Shown here: one piece after another, positions 29,001 to 36,511 of the stretch
Layout of the letters: each line of letters opens with the position of its first letter
Numbering within the stretch: position 1 is the first letter of the stretch
Assembly: GCA_043800705.1 (NCBI GenBank)
Contig: JAZDMS010000036.1
Coordinates: 1-45,227 of the forward strand
Direction: 5' to 3'
Origin: Candidatus Altiarchaeota archaeon
GTDB taxonomy: Archaea; Altiarchaeota; Altiarchaeia; IMC4; SCGC-AAA252-I15
Length of the DNA stretch: 45,227 nt
Notes under the pieces: model-generated
What the model was told of the DNA's origin: nothing
What the model saw: the letters and a program-made list of their open reading frames with translations, nothing else
Databases searched by the model: none
Translations under genes and position numbers: made by a program

Positions 29001-29871
29001 CTTCGGATAATCCCCCCCTCCTTCTTCTGTCGACAAGGTAGTCGACGGCTTCCTCTGGGTATCCGAGATACCTGTATTTTGTCCTGAGGTTATGCTCTAT
29101 GGACTCCTGGCTCTGTTCCGGATCTCTCAGCGCCAGCTGTGCCCTTGTCAGCTCGTCTATATTCTCCGGCTTTGCGACGACGAGGTCGTATGTCAGCGGC
29201 TTCCCTTCCCTGTCGAGGATTCCCGGGATTTCCCTGACCTCAAGGCCGCTCTCCTGTGCCATCCTCACCAGCTCTGGCATTATGGGGTGGGCGTCCTTCT
29301 GGACGATTGCCGCAGGCTTGAGGCCGGGGTCCTTCACCGTCAATGCGAGGTCCACGACCTCTCCGACGCCTTTGGCGGTCTTGAACAGGTATGACGGGGC
29401 CGGGATCTCCCTCGACGGCTTGAACCCCTCCAGCTCCTGGAACATTTCCGGGACCGTGTTTGCCGTGAGTGTCTGGCTCATGTTGGCGGTCATCTGCTTC
29501 ATCAGCGCATATGTGCCGCCCGGGTGGAGATGGGTCTTGTCCGCGAGGTCTGCGACCTTGACGACGACGCCTGGCATCTCTTTCACGATGCGGTCTTCAT
29601 ACGCCTCGAGGGGGATGTTATGGTCGTTATGTTCCTTTGCCTCGACCATGGCCATGGACCTGACCGTGTCGTAGACTTGGGGGGTTGTCAGGTTGCTGGT
29701 CTTGGATATCCGGTCTACCTCCCTCAGGACGTCCTCCCTCAACGCCATCAGTTCCCGGTCCGGCTTTTTCACTCCCTCCTGCATCAGCCGGAGCTTCTCG
29801 ATCTCGGAGGGGCCGAGGTTCTGGACGGCATAGGCCGCACCCCTACCAACCATAGTCTGAGAGACAGGCAT
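20056..29871 (-). CDS. Giant (3271 aa) multidomain polyvalent / effector-like protein
   Basis: Uninterrupted 9.8-kb ORF. Motifs: KP...LGYP, HEAT-like helices, DWNGAF...GHG...SC, HERRH...E, DGNTR...LG...IPV, HEDNH...EYF, glycine zipper, three repeat families. Confidence 0.93.
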   Translation of the reverse strand: MPVSQTMVGRGAAYAVQNLGPSEIEKLRLMQEGVKKPDRELMALREDVLREVDRISKTSNLTTPQVYDTVRSMAMVEAKEHNDHNIPLEAYEDRIVKEMPGVVVKVADLADKTHLHPGGTYALMKQMTANMSQTLTANTVPEMFQELEGFKPSREIPAPSYLFKTAKGVGEVVDLALTVKDPGLKPAAIVQKDAHPIMPELVRMAQESGLEVREIPGILDREGKPLTYDLVVAKPENIDELTRAQLALRDPEQSQESIEHNLRTKYRYLGYPEEAVDYLVDRRRRGGLSEADKDIQRLPGYTPDMGGRAGIGDNHYTNEDIQRLPGYTHERGSGMDKKTDPFETADPKAGIQRLEGYMQETLDDPAKRGGYDGKKHQEVIDELQQRPDILQDALSKGRGADDAINKLLERPDLLEDASEMIGGHALSPKRMVEELENRPDVVEEMMRQTGESSKEASNPKHIAPVTEEGPLGTRALLSEKDATTLRPLRGKILDEIFRPGRTREEYMALRRYGAKLTENAGGDGYALIRGRTLERLSLVEGAARGMDLEEFGLGAASAEMAKKMFESDVSDRRLSDHYKGMAKKALENISKNTVVAPFATPATPAGSSYTGEAASSAVAGSREVAAGTALAGDNGADLGRGFRQFPEACRTKLDGLRPGRSIFPGFRASGWGEGGDRLFFTSSGEALREIERAHDKGFGFKTYDRKYEPPWPKLRTFTTAYGNRIELIDDEPSFRTFILDKFPRARRFKTLDGKLVNLYESEDRGIKEYDKAVDERRGNATPVLFPRMASRFNSKPAQTGAGEPLVESAPQPDKEQLTLDYTKKEIIGQAKRLGSALVGGRSISVEDIGFLVDHSDYAGESGGLDCARTLIKAASGKGESSELAKSELVRLIGDENPQFAANIAKAIGEGTSANDAFSRDFLEQNSDILLKNLDRSICGSSKPFTMGGLEFEPPTFEASQGLLELAKANPEKLGQKASDIFSSVLASTEDKGIRDGIINALADGHEKGNMQATQYIREKIIKPSGLDADKLLDTWWRNVDRSIENTEQARINRVKQFHDNISTLAQLCEKAPEAAKYLYERYGIQNHGRYTAGTLLTQYYQDMHLKGLEGQLKALRVENKPTAEIEAVLESAKPKRSGIIVNPETDWNGAFHTDVLKGFYEDLVVNEGFRINEANDKISLTHRLGSHASEFGKAEYVILSGHGQPGSIQLGEGKNSHIFETDIMGERADAVIRGFIRENATVIANSCSTSAFLAHDLPPELQPSLHERLTYEFTGKGISPAHPLRYTNTPTPTSMGKTITTRYGQARFIGPAKDGGIAEASYERTTAGGLEFNIIQITPQYEYVTTEWGKGKVIKPPTQPVFQKPDETPTTTAPSIGDMRPSTTADLIIQDYLATYMERPGRQVNAEEQQLRLEIADRKIEQRMKDANLTSNLNGLNSDVPETAEKARQYLADGLNEAFELTGEGALSAKDLMHARFDPSTGAVYFRDWNPRAEMIKASEGPGTEGERSQAVRDIISRWRRNEEYAQVKEKLGMGRSNTDEIYTPTRGFNIRKGSMPGRFGESGLSVVFDYDRVTAMHERRHDKDILSGHRQAANRLLTEVLANIENVKGGGETWGDVALKLESESYIRQFSGYSSDEHLIKGMVDSTVRNSENLMKHLVEKEGLTDKQAFVRLRRLLESSLTVDQYSRRANEVLGGERSYQAVRENWAESQGRIRGGYPWDDFKEPAPPTDVDANARHAAGVGDAAVGGSRETVSPEGAPKRMPSVNAEAEPSGGFELKFQNPPGHMEAKLASLRRDLGIGLFDLPDTRRGKLERDLNRHPTRLKAIPNGTLMDGNTRYYYAKKLGIPDERIPVYIYTAQDVRSLAQWKKEFSPSGEYEGGFTEVVNGKPVFGIGSAWNINRALDHGGITEELRAKHQYDELRQLEKRVEDVIRASKTRELASLREGKSPAEAKKDAIAAENEAIGEDRLMRRAMESVWEKTQRGLTRGLRPLANDVTPMRAPSAAEIDPARAIRYDAETVSGVDSLIRRHERRIDKTATIAVDFERLNLPQGCQLTDAGLYCDATIRRGVVEQLAQLLRSQERDEAYVNRFRDAAMSAENLSLVNRNPRNKGVSSRYIISHEDNHGIVDAMSRADKEAIWELMSPEERKRATEHITKKWKIDPRNERAIMDEYFTEALTNAGKHGSPDGIKAPPEIPELLKECESDQQQASKIREMALEARTQIAKRYIEDLGAEGPKRDAAIKELARLGQHQYDTIGEGLGRGPYREIMAAQNSSDPKVREAALEITDRMNNPEKYIEAEPAADQVLESAKRILGPGVPATPDLIIYENRIREMYEGLYGRKAVIKQTGGHRNTMFGKTGIGWCDSQDEKGHVAKGTADACERAIAEATGADKAEVKAFMRGSKDDYREEFIKKYRNSPKVVEHQKTPMRMPTVSEQPTESQPKEGPSTPEARRSIEKPAETTLTRPHDLSEPKVAAAESERETTPKTMGDDASTVVETPEHASKPVRSRPKISEAAANGLKRAGNAALSAQGISAELSLLHIYTRGSMNPEAMHAIGPSVPFVGSMGYVQTQDVGRVGAFAIDVGSTYTDLRMFQAADWIASKSLGHGLEKAGELTGRKLLQTSGGYVSKHMLGNIAGPLFALHGGYSAWDKDVMINGSDSDVRKAEIEAMAGGALVTMGLGAWATGGAKMGSWAGVPGMVIGAEVGALCGEVGMLAKAGVVMNQLHAEGIERVDEVGVKNTILGTRYGLVMPKGKENEMTPEAERYIHKVAVRHTTNGLRSAGMLAPGRELSWEQISQLKEAAQRGDNNEAERILGLRGGFDWSRSEEAVTGRVTAETGHFPKKRMEIVSGLCTESQTIAADLENRYRRAILQTTTPGTRTVTRAYGDVYAGGSYDVKVPDPEKAHKTSDSYMKSLEKNLTEYESAHKKAEALMHAKHEAERKQQTDPALREKLAQEHKKKEDALMAKNAEAEYKYLRENMPEIADLIRNPDESSHTIGMNLLFSRAPGIHDSRAIQEGRKAFTDSIRQFENGVMSGLTEPKDRQQWAQQMQGNPISPQERERLIRESTKKQLSASVTSHLPAPEEKAEAARLIGKIDKPTESDPLNGLTEDEKKKFNTLRTKAEENFENSIAENLTTDRSKRAWETYRHGGEIPAEDLNRCLLEAASRKRLIDDCGAYLSSDETAELRECIGNAPNSPASNQRMQELIATAANNQLNRVVEQNLTDEDHRKEWHEYSEGKRDLSPEKMQELIDEAERNKQKSIAE

Positions 29872-29932
29872 GAGAACCCCTAGAACGACGTGAAATAATT
29901 GGAAACAGGGGGATAATAAAGACGCATATGAT

Positions 29933-30169
29933 TCACTCGGGCTTCTTCTTCATCGACGCATACCTGGAATAGACCGACTGATTTGACGAGGCTCCGCCTT
30001 CATCCAAACTGATCTTCCTGATCGTCTCCTGTGTGTAGAATTTCCCCTCCATCGGCGACTTCTTTTGCGCCTGCGGCTCGACAACCAGAATCTCCTCCCC
30101 TGTGGCTCCCTGCTTGGGAAGCCCAGGCTCCTGCCTCTTGGCCCTCCTGAGCTCATCGACAAAGGACAT
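29933..30169 (-). CDS. Small hypothetical protein upstream of the giant gene
   Basis: MSFVDELRRAK... 78 aa, co-oriented with the giant gene (61-nt gap), TTTTTAT upstream. Confidence 0.6.
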   Translation of the reverse strand: MSFVDELRRAKRQEPGLPKQGATGEEILVVEPQAQKKSPMEGKFYTQETIRKISLDEGGASSNQSVYSRYASMKKKPE

Positions 30170-30217
30170 GATATGGATTTGAATCAAGAACATAAAAAGC
30201 AGAGGGATGTCGGGTAA

Positions 30218-31363
30218 TTAGGCCTTGAACTTCATCATCCTGCCTAAGGCCTCGTGTATCGTATCGAGCGATACGCTATAGCTGCATCTTACATATCCTT
30301 CCCCACTCTCTCCGAAAGTGTTCCCCGGCACGACTGCGACCTTCGCCTCGTTCAGCATCCTGTTCGCGAAGGTGTCGCTGCCGAGGCCGGACCCTTTGAT
30401 GTTCGGGAAAGCATAGAATGCGCCCTTCGGCATGATGCACGAGACGCCTTCGACCTCGTTGAGGCCCTTCACGAGGACCCTCCTTCTCGTGTCGTATTCC
30501 CTGACCATGTCCCTCACCTGCCTGCCGCACCTGTCGAACGCCAAGGCGGCGTATTGCGCGACGGTCGGGGCTGAGAGCATCGTATACTGGTGGATCTTCA
30601 TCATCGCCTCGATGACATCCCTGCTTCCTGCCGCGTAGCCGAGCCTCCAGCCAGTGAACGCGAACCCCTTGCTGAACCCGTTGATGGTTATGGTCCTGTC
30701 CCTCATCCCGTTGAAAGATCCGATGCTGTGGTGCTTGATGCCGTCGTATAGGAGGTACTCGTAGAGCTCGTCGGAGATGACGGTCAGGTCGTGTTCGACC
30801 GCGATGTCCGCTATCTCCTCCAGGTCCTTCTTCAGAAGGACGCTCCCGGTCGGGTTGTTGGGGGAGGCGACGACTATCATCTTCGTCATCTTGGTCACCT
30901 TCTTCCTAATCTCGTCGATGTCGACCCTGAAGTCGTCCTCTTCGTGCATGACGACCGGGACCGGCTTGCAGTGGGCGAACCAGACGCACGGCTTATATGA
31001 AACGTAGCTCGGCTCCGGGACTATGACCTCGTCCCCCGGGTCGAGGATGGCCCGGAAGGCGAGGTCCAACGCCTCGCTCGTGCCCGTAGTGACTAAAATC
31101 TCGCATTCTGGGTCGAAGCCCAGCATGTTCTCCCTCTTTAGCTTCCTTGCGACCTTCTGCCTGAGCTCAAGGAGGCCGTAGTTCGACGTGTAGCTGTTGT
31201 AGTCCTCCTCTATGGATTCGATCGCGGCCTGCTTCATCGGCTCCGGGGTCGCGAAATCCGGCTCTCCGACCCCCAGGCTGACGACATCCTTCCTCTTCGA
31301 TACCACGTCGAAGAACCTCCTGATACCGGAGAACGGTATCTCGCTCACGCGCTTTGCTACCAT
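30218..31363 (-). CDS. PLP-dependent class I/II aminotransferase (AspB/YugH-like)
   Basis: SLGVGEPDF, Y...G..ELR, SPNNPTG, SDELY, GFSKGFAFTGWRLGY, VVPG..FG. Confidence 0.95.
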   Translation of the reverse strand: MVAKRVSEIPFSGIRRFFDVVSKRKDVVSLGVGEPDFATPEPMKQAAIESIEEDYNSYTSNYGLLELRQKVARKLKRENMLGFDPECEILVTTGTSEALDLAFRAILDPGDEVIVPEPSYVSYKPCVWFAHCKPVPVVMHEEDDFRVDIDEIRKKVTKMTKMIVVASPNNPTGSVLLKKDLEEIADIAVEHDLTVISDELYEYLLYDGIKHHSIGSFNGMRDRTITINGFSKGFAFTGWRLGYAAGSRDVIEAMMKIHQYTMLSAPTVAQYAALAFDRCGRQVRDMVREYDTRRRVLVKGLNEVEGVSCIMPKGAFYAFPNIKGSGLGSDTFANRMLNEAKVAVVPGNTFGESGEGYVRCSYSVSLDTIHEALGRMMKFKA

Positions 31364-31366
31364 GTC

Positions 31367-31846
31367 TCAGCTGACTGGCAGGCGCTTCTTTTTCGCGTCA
31401 TAGAAGACCGCCCCGTCCCTCTTGAACTCCTTCAGAAGTATGTGGGTGTACGTCCCGGTTACCGACTTCATCGGCGCGAGCGTCTCGGTGACGAACTCGC
31501 TGATACCGTCGATGTCGTCGGCCCTCACCGTCACCATGAGATCGTATTTGCCGGATGTTATGAATACGTCAGAGACCCTCTTGTCCTTCGCGATGTCGGA
31601 GCAGACCTTGTCGAAGCCGAACTTTTCCTGCGGCACGACCTTGACCTGGATGACCGCGACGGCCTTCCTGCCGTCCGTCCTCCTCCAGTCGACGACGGTC
31701 CTGTATCCCTTGATTATGCCCTCCTCGCCGAGCTCTTTCAGATTCGCAGCAACCTCCCTCTCCGGGGAGCCGAGCATCACCGCCAGCTCCTTCGAAGTGA
31801 GGCGCGCATCGGCCTCCAAAAGCTCCAAAAGCCTTAAAGTGTCCAT
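31367..31846 (-). CDS. Lrp/AsnC-family transcriptional regulator
   Basis: LL..DAR....ELA...L.EEGIIKGY HTH plus RAM domain (SGKYDL, T.THI.LK). Standard pairing with the downstream aminotransferase. Confidence 0.92.
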   Translation of the reverse strand: MDTLRLLELLEADARLTSKELAVMLGSPEREVAANLKELGEEGIIKGYRTVVDWRRTDGRKAVAVIQVKVVPQEKFGFDKVCSDIAKDKRVSDVFITSGKYDLMVTVRADDIDGISEFVTETLAPMKSVTGTYTHILLKEFKRDGAVFYDAKKKRLPVS

Positions 31847-31910
31847 AGCAATAAGATAGGTCGAACCTATAAAAATAGGCCTAATAACCACACCAAACGA
31901 TATATCTAAC

Positions 31911-32546
31911 ATGGATGTGCGCCAAAAAAGGGGCGAGATAAGCTTCATCGACAGGTGATTCGAGGACGGTGTCCGCCTGAAGGAGCTGAGCCCGAAACAC
32001 CCCGATTGCGTGTTCCTAGGGCTGGAAAGGCCGGGCCTCAAGGATTCTGTGGCCTCCGATGCGAAGAACCTGGAGCTCCGCTGGGGTGGCGCGCTCGAGA
32101 AGCTTTCGAAGCTCGCGGACGGCTCGGTAAGGATAGTAAACGCCGATTTCCTCTTCACCGAATACTACTCGTCGGATGGAAACAGAATGCCCCGATGGCC
32201 CAAATGGATGAAATCACCGAATGCGACCTCGGCTGGAGGGCCAGCGGCCTTATATTGAAGATCTTCGACATGTTCCGGCAGGTGACCGTCAACCAGGTGA
32301 AGCGAGTCCTCATCCCCAACGGGCGCTTCTACCTCACAGAATACAACGGCAAACTCGAATCCACCCTGGAACTCCTGGACGAGGCAGGCATGACCCATCA
32401 CCACAGGAGAATGGCTCCCGAAGAGATGGATAAGACGACGTTCCTGAGAAATATCAGGGAAAAGATGGCAGCCGGCGAGCTGGACCAGAAAGTGATGCGG
32501 CCGATGAGAAGTGATGCGGCCGATGAGGCTAGTGGCAAGGAAATAA
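31911..32546 (+). pseudogene. Disrupted class I SAM-dependent methyltransferase (TrmB-like N terminus)
   Basis: MDVRQKRGEISFIDR*FEDG..LKEL..KHPDCVFLGLE...WGGALEKLSKLADGSV, with TGA at 31956 in the Gly position of motif I. Frameshift near 32190 into ...VKRVLIPNGRFYL. Removing a 19-bp duplication (32490-32527) restores ...RPMRLVARK* ending at 32546. Confidence 0.75.
32490..32527. repeat. Perfect 19-bp tandem duplication AAGTGATGCGGCCGATGAG x2
   Basis: Copies at 32490-32508 and 32509-32527. Confidence 0.95.
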
Positions 32547-32607
32547 TCCCAAGCCCCCTTTTATACCACCTCACACATATATTTTGTACATTTCTGAGGG
32601 ATACATA

Positions 32608-33015
32608 ATGGAGAAGAGGATAGTAGAGGTCAAGTCGCTGAAGGAAGGCAAATACATCATGATAGAAGACATACCATGCAAGATAGTGGGGACGACCCAC
32701 AGCAAGCCCGGCAAGCACGGCGGCGCCAGGGTCCGCGTCGACGGCATCGGAGTATTCGAGCCTTCAAGGAAATCCATGATTGTCCCGGCCAGCGACAAGG
32801 TAGAAGTCCCCCAGCTGGACAAGAAGGTCGCACAGATACTCGCTACCGTCGGCGACCAGCTGCGGATGATGGACATGGAAAGCTACGAGACCTTCGAGAT
32901 GCCGATACCCGCCGACGACCCGGAAGTCATGAAATTCATCAGAGACGGCAACCAGGTCACCTACTACCAATGGGGCGCGAAAAGGAAGATAATGCAGGCA
33001 AAAGGCGGGGAATAA
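32608..33015 (+). CDS. eif5a: Translation factor aIF-5A
   Basis: LKEGKYIMI...PC...SKPGKHGGAR hypusine loop, Q.MD.E.YETF. ATG at 32608. Confidence 0.95.
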   Translation: MEKRIVEVKSLKEGKYIMIEDIPCKIVGTTHSKPGKHGGARVRVDGIGVFEPSRKSMIVPASDKVEVPQLDKKVAQILATVGDQLRMMDMESYETFEMPIPADDPEVMKFIRDGNQVTYYQWGAKRKIMQAKGGE

Positions 33016-33036
33016 ACCACTCTGCTTCGCAGCGCA

Positions 33037-33363
33037 TCATATCCTCTTAACGACCACGAACCTGGATATGTGGAATATCCAGTCCTTCAGTTCTTCGTAT
33101 AGGCCCACAGGTTCTTTGTCCCTGCAGTAGCCGCCGAGGCATTTGTTGATTCTGCACTCGAACCCGTTCTCGCACGTCTCGTCGTCAGCCTTCTGCGGCT
33201 GCATATTTCCGTCTATCCAGCAGTATTCGCCCACTACCCTGAACCCCAGCGTGAGGCACCTTTCGTTGGCGACGCAGCCGTTGCACCTGGCCGAATTGTT
33301 CTCCAGGCAGGAGCCAAAACCCGCGGCCAAACACAGCAGCAGATACGCCACCCACAATCTCAT
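33037..33363 (-). CDS. Small secreted Cys-rich protein
   Basis: Signal peptide, then C.GC.....C...G.R....YC.......QK.....C.N.FEC..N.C..G.C. ATG at 33363. Confidence 0.7.
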   Translation of the reverse strand: MRLWVAYLLLCLAAGFGSCLENNSARCNGCVANERCLTLGFRVVGEYCWIDGNMQPQKADDETCENGFECRINKCLGGYCRDKEPVGLYEELKDWIFHISRFVVVKRI

Positions 33364-33449
33364 GGGGATTTTTTTGTATTTCGAGTATATGGCCCGAATC
33401 CGGAGGCCTGGGAATATATTAATCGCCCCTCTCAATGATTCCTTGTCAG

Positions 33450-34121
33450 ATGAACGAGAAGGTCGCAGCCTATGTGCAAAGCGCCAGGTCCAAGGGCCTG
33501 GACGACGGGGCCATCGCCGACAAAATGAGGAGTATCGGCGTAGGCGAGGAAGAGATAGCGCAATCGCTCGCATCCTCAGGTTCGAAGGCTCAGGAGATGG
33601 GTGAAAGCCTCAAGGCGGCGGCAGCCCACTCCGCCGATATGTTCCTGGCAGGCGAAAAACCCAACTTCGAACCCTTCGGCCCCGCCGTAGTGCTATACTA
33701 TATAATCGACTACGTCGCCATCACTGCCATATTGGCTGCGGTCCTGTCCGCATTGGTCCTGTTCCTCAGGATGACCCCACTCATCCTGCTCATACCCGTC
33801 GCCTTCTTCCTTGTCTGCGCGGCATACAGCAAGATGTTCGTCGACAGGTTCAGGTTCAGGCTCGACGACAGGCTCTTCTATGTCAGGAAGGGGGTCTTCG
33901 CCAGCGCAAACACCCTCCTACCCTACGAGAACATTCAGGACATCCACGTCGTCCAGAGCATCACCGAACGGCTCCTTGGCCTCAGCTCAGCCATCATATT
34001 CACCGCGACCACGTCCGGGGCGGGGGCTGAATGGATACCGGGGCTGCCCAGGGACGGCGCAGAGAGGCTCAAGGCCGAGCTGTTCCGGAAGATGAAGGAG
34101 GTCAAGAATGTCACAGACTGA
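33450..34121 (+). CDS. Membrane protein with bacterial PH (YdbS/DUF304-like) domain and N-terminal helical module
   Basis: 2 TM + RKGVF....LPYENIQDIHV.Q...ER.LGL....F.TA....IPGL. Confidence 0.85.
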   Translation: MNEKVAAYVQSARSKGLDDGAIADKMRSIGVGEEEIAQSLASSGSKAQEMGESLKAAAAHSADMFLAGEKPNFEPFGPAVVLYYIIDYVAITAILAAVLSALVLFLRMTPLILLIPVAFFLVCAAYSKMFVDRFRFRLDDRLFYVRKGVFASANTLLPYENIQDIHVVQSITERLLGLSSAIIFTATTSGAGAEWIPGLPRDGAERLKAELFRKMKEVKNVTD

Positions 34122-36072
34122 GCCCACCCTCATCGCCAAATATCCCTTGCGCAAGGTCAAGATAGCCAAGCGGACGCTCATAGGATTCCTCCCGCTCTTC
34201 CTCCTCGGTGTCCTTTTAATCGTCGCCGGCCTCTTCCTGAATCCCCTGCTATCGATCGCACTGATACCCCTCCTTGCGATACTCTTCGCAGTCATCCTCT
34301 ATTACAATGTCCTCTACTTCAGGAACTACCACTACGACCTCACCCCCGACGGCCTCCTGATAGGCAAGGGCGTCATCTCCAGCTGGAGGATAACGGTCCC
34401 AGCCCACAAGATACAGGATGTCTACCTCGACCAGGACCTCTTCGACAGGATATTCGGACTGTACGACCTGCACCTGTCCACCGCCACGGAAGCCTCCCAG
34501 AGGGAGGCCCACATAGATGGAATTGGGCTCCAGGACGCCCAGGCGCTCAGGCAGAAGATGCTCGACTGGCTGACAGGGAGGGCTCTGACGGCAGAGACAT
34601 CGGAGACCGTGAAGCCCAGCAAGGCAGGCCTCGTCCAATCCGTCATCGGCGCCCTCTTCGGCACCCTCCTGCTCCTCGCCTACATCCTCGGAGCCTACGG
34701 CCTAATCGCATTCGTCCTCCTTGGGCCGTTAATGGCGGTAGTGACATATCTCGACTACAATGCCAGACGGTACACCCTCCGAAGGGACGGCGTCCTCGTC
34801 CACACCGGCTACTTCATACCCAAGGAGAGCATATTCCTCTACAGGAACATCCAGGACGTCGAAGCTGCGCAAGGCCTCATAGACCGGCTCTTCCAGACAA
34901 ACTCACTCATCATCAAGACGATGACGGCATCGAGCGCGCTCAACGCGAGGATGACCTCCCTCGCACCGGAAGACGCCAAACGGATAAGGGAGGAGATACT
35001 CCGAAGATGCAAGGAGCCGCAGGCCGATTCGGCGGCGCAGACCGTCCAGGAGGCGCCTCCGCTCGAATCGGTCAAGAGCCCCTACCAGAACTACATCGTC
35101 AAATCCGCTGCCTACAACGCAGGCTCGATAATCATCGCCGCTCTGATGTTGGCATTCTTCCTATTTCTGGTCCTATCTCTCCTTGGGCAGGTCGGCGCCG
35201 GCTTAGGTGCAGCCCTTCTTGTCGCCGTCATCGTCGGGATGACGCTCTTCGGGATAGCAGTCAACACCGTCGTCATGGCTTCGGGTTTCTCCTACGACGT
35301 CTCACGCGAGAACGTCCAGATACAGATAAGCTTCCTTAACACGACCAAACGGCAGATACTCTACTCGAAGGTCCAGGACATCGAAAGGCATGTCTCCTTC
35401 CCCAACAGCTTCGCGAAGCTCGCGAACATCAAACTGGAGACAGGCTCCAAGGAGCTCGTCCCGCAGGGCAGGACCCAGACCGTCAAAAGCGCCACAGTCG
35501 CCAACGAAGTGATACCAGCCCTCGCATACTCTGACGCGGACGCGCTCAAGGCGAAAGTCGCCCGCCAGATGGGCATATCCCTGGACAGCCTCGGGACAGA
35601 TCCCCTGCACGGGACCATCCCGCTGTCAGCGCGCAAACCACTTAAGAAGACCCTCTCCCTGGCAGTCTCCATAATCGTCCTGCTCATATTGGCCTTCGCA
35701 GCAGTGCTGCTGCTCAAAGCATCAATTCCATACGCCATAGCCGCAGCAATTCTTCTTCTCCCAATAATCCCGGTCAAATACCTCTACGAGCGCGAATACC
35801 TGAAGCGCTACCGCTACGACTACAACAGCCAGGCCCTCTCAATCCGCAAGGGCGTCTTCGGCAGCCGGGAACTGACGATACCCTTCGCAAAGATACAGGA
35901 CATCTACGTCAACCAGGACCTCCTCGACTACCTCTTCGGACTGTACGACGTCTACGTCTCGACAGCGACAGGCAGGTCCCTCCTCAACGCCCACATAGAC
36001 GGCCTCACCCAAGTGAACGCCGAAGCTGCGGCGATGATTCTGGCGCAGAAGCTCAGGAAGAACCTCGACTAG
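34108..36072 (+). CDS. Membrane protein with four bacterial PH domains (YdbT-like)
   Basis: Four TM-pair + (K/N)(I/V)QD(V/I) units. Overlaps the upstream partner gene. Confidence 0.85.
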   Translation: MSQTEPTLIAKYPLRKVKIAKRTLIGFLPLFLLGVLLIVAGLFLNPLLSIALIPLLAILFAVILYYNVLYFRNYHYDLTPDGLLIGKGVISSWRITVPAHKIQDVYLDQDLFDRIFGLYDLHLSTATEASQREAHIDGIGLQDAQALRQKMLDWLTGRALTAETSETVKPSKAGLVQSVIGALFGTLLLLAYILGAYGLIAFVLLGPLMAVVTYLDYNARRYTLRRDGVLVHTGYFIPKESIFLYRNIQDVEAAQGLIDRLFQTNSLIIKTMTASSALNARMTSLAPEDAKRIREEILRRCKEPQADSAAQTVQEAPPLESVKSPYQNYIVKSAAYNAGSIIIAALMLAFFLFLVLSLLGQVGAGLGAALLVAVIVGMTLFGIAVNTVVMASGFSYDVSRENVQIQISFLNTTKRQILYSKVQDIERHVSFPNSFAKLANIKLETGSKELVPQGRTQTVKSATVANEVIPALAYSDADALKAKVARQMGISLDSLGTDPLHGTIPLSARKPLKKTLSLAVSIIVLLILAFAAVLLLKASIPYAIAAAILLLPIIPVKYLYEREYLKRYRYDYNSQALSIRKGVFGSRELTIPFAKIQDIYVNQDLLDYLFGLYDVYVSTATGRSLLNAHIDGLTQVNAEAAAMILAQKLRKNLD

Positions 36073-36203
36073 GGCCAGGTCACCGGAACGTAACCCCTGC
36101 CTTTTTATCCCTGCTACCGGAACGGCGGATTCGGCGGCCTGGTGACCGGTTTCTGACAAGGCAACGACACTTCCGCACTCATATGGGCACATTTCCCGAA
36201 TGA

Positions 36204-36475
36204 TCATTGTGTGCGGGACTGTATCTCCGCCAGCTTCCGGCTTACGCGTGCTGCATGGCCGGTGGGGATGACTTCCGGCCAGTGATAGCGGATGATGCCC
36301 GAGGGGTCGATGAGGACCGTCGACCTTATCACGCGTCCGTAGGTTTATCTCCCAGGGACGCGTCGACCCACGCCCCGTAGCTTCTCATGACCTGGTGATC
36401 CTCGTCACTTAGCAGGTCCGCGCCTATGCCGAACTTGTCGGCGAAGTCCCATCCATCCAATTGTAGGGACCTCAT
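36204..36475 (-). pseudogene. BCP/PrxQ peroxiredoxin remnant (5'-truncated, frameshifted)
   Basis: Manual translation FADKFGIGADLLSDEDHQVMRSYGAW... / frameshift near 36340 / YGRVIRSTVLIDPSGIIRYHWPEVIPTGHA..V...L*. N-terminal peroxidatic Cys region absent. Confidence 0.8.
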
Positions 36476-36511
36476 CGGGTGAAATATAAACCCCTGCAGC
36501 AATTATTAACC

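Noticed and set aside
20056-29871. Prophage tape-measure protein
   Set aside because: No capsid, terminase, portal, tail or integrase genes in the window, and only a short part is tape-measure-like.
31956-31958. In-frame TGA as selenocysteine or recoded Gly/Trp
   Set aside because: It aligns to a Gly (GGA to TGA is one change), the gene has two further lesions, and many intact genes here end in TGA.
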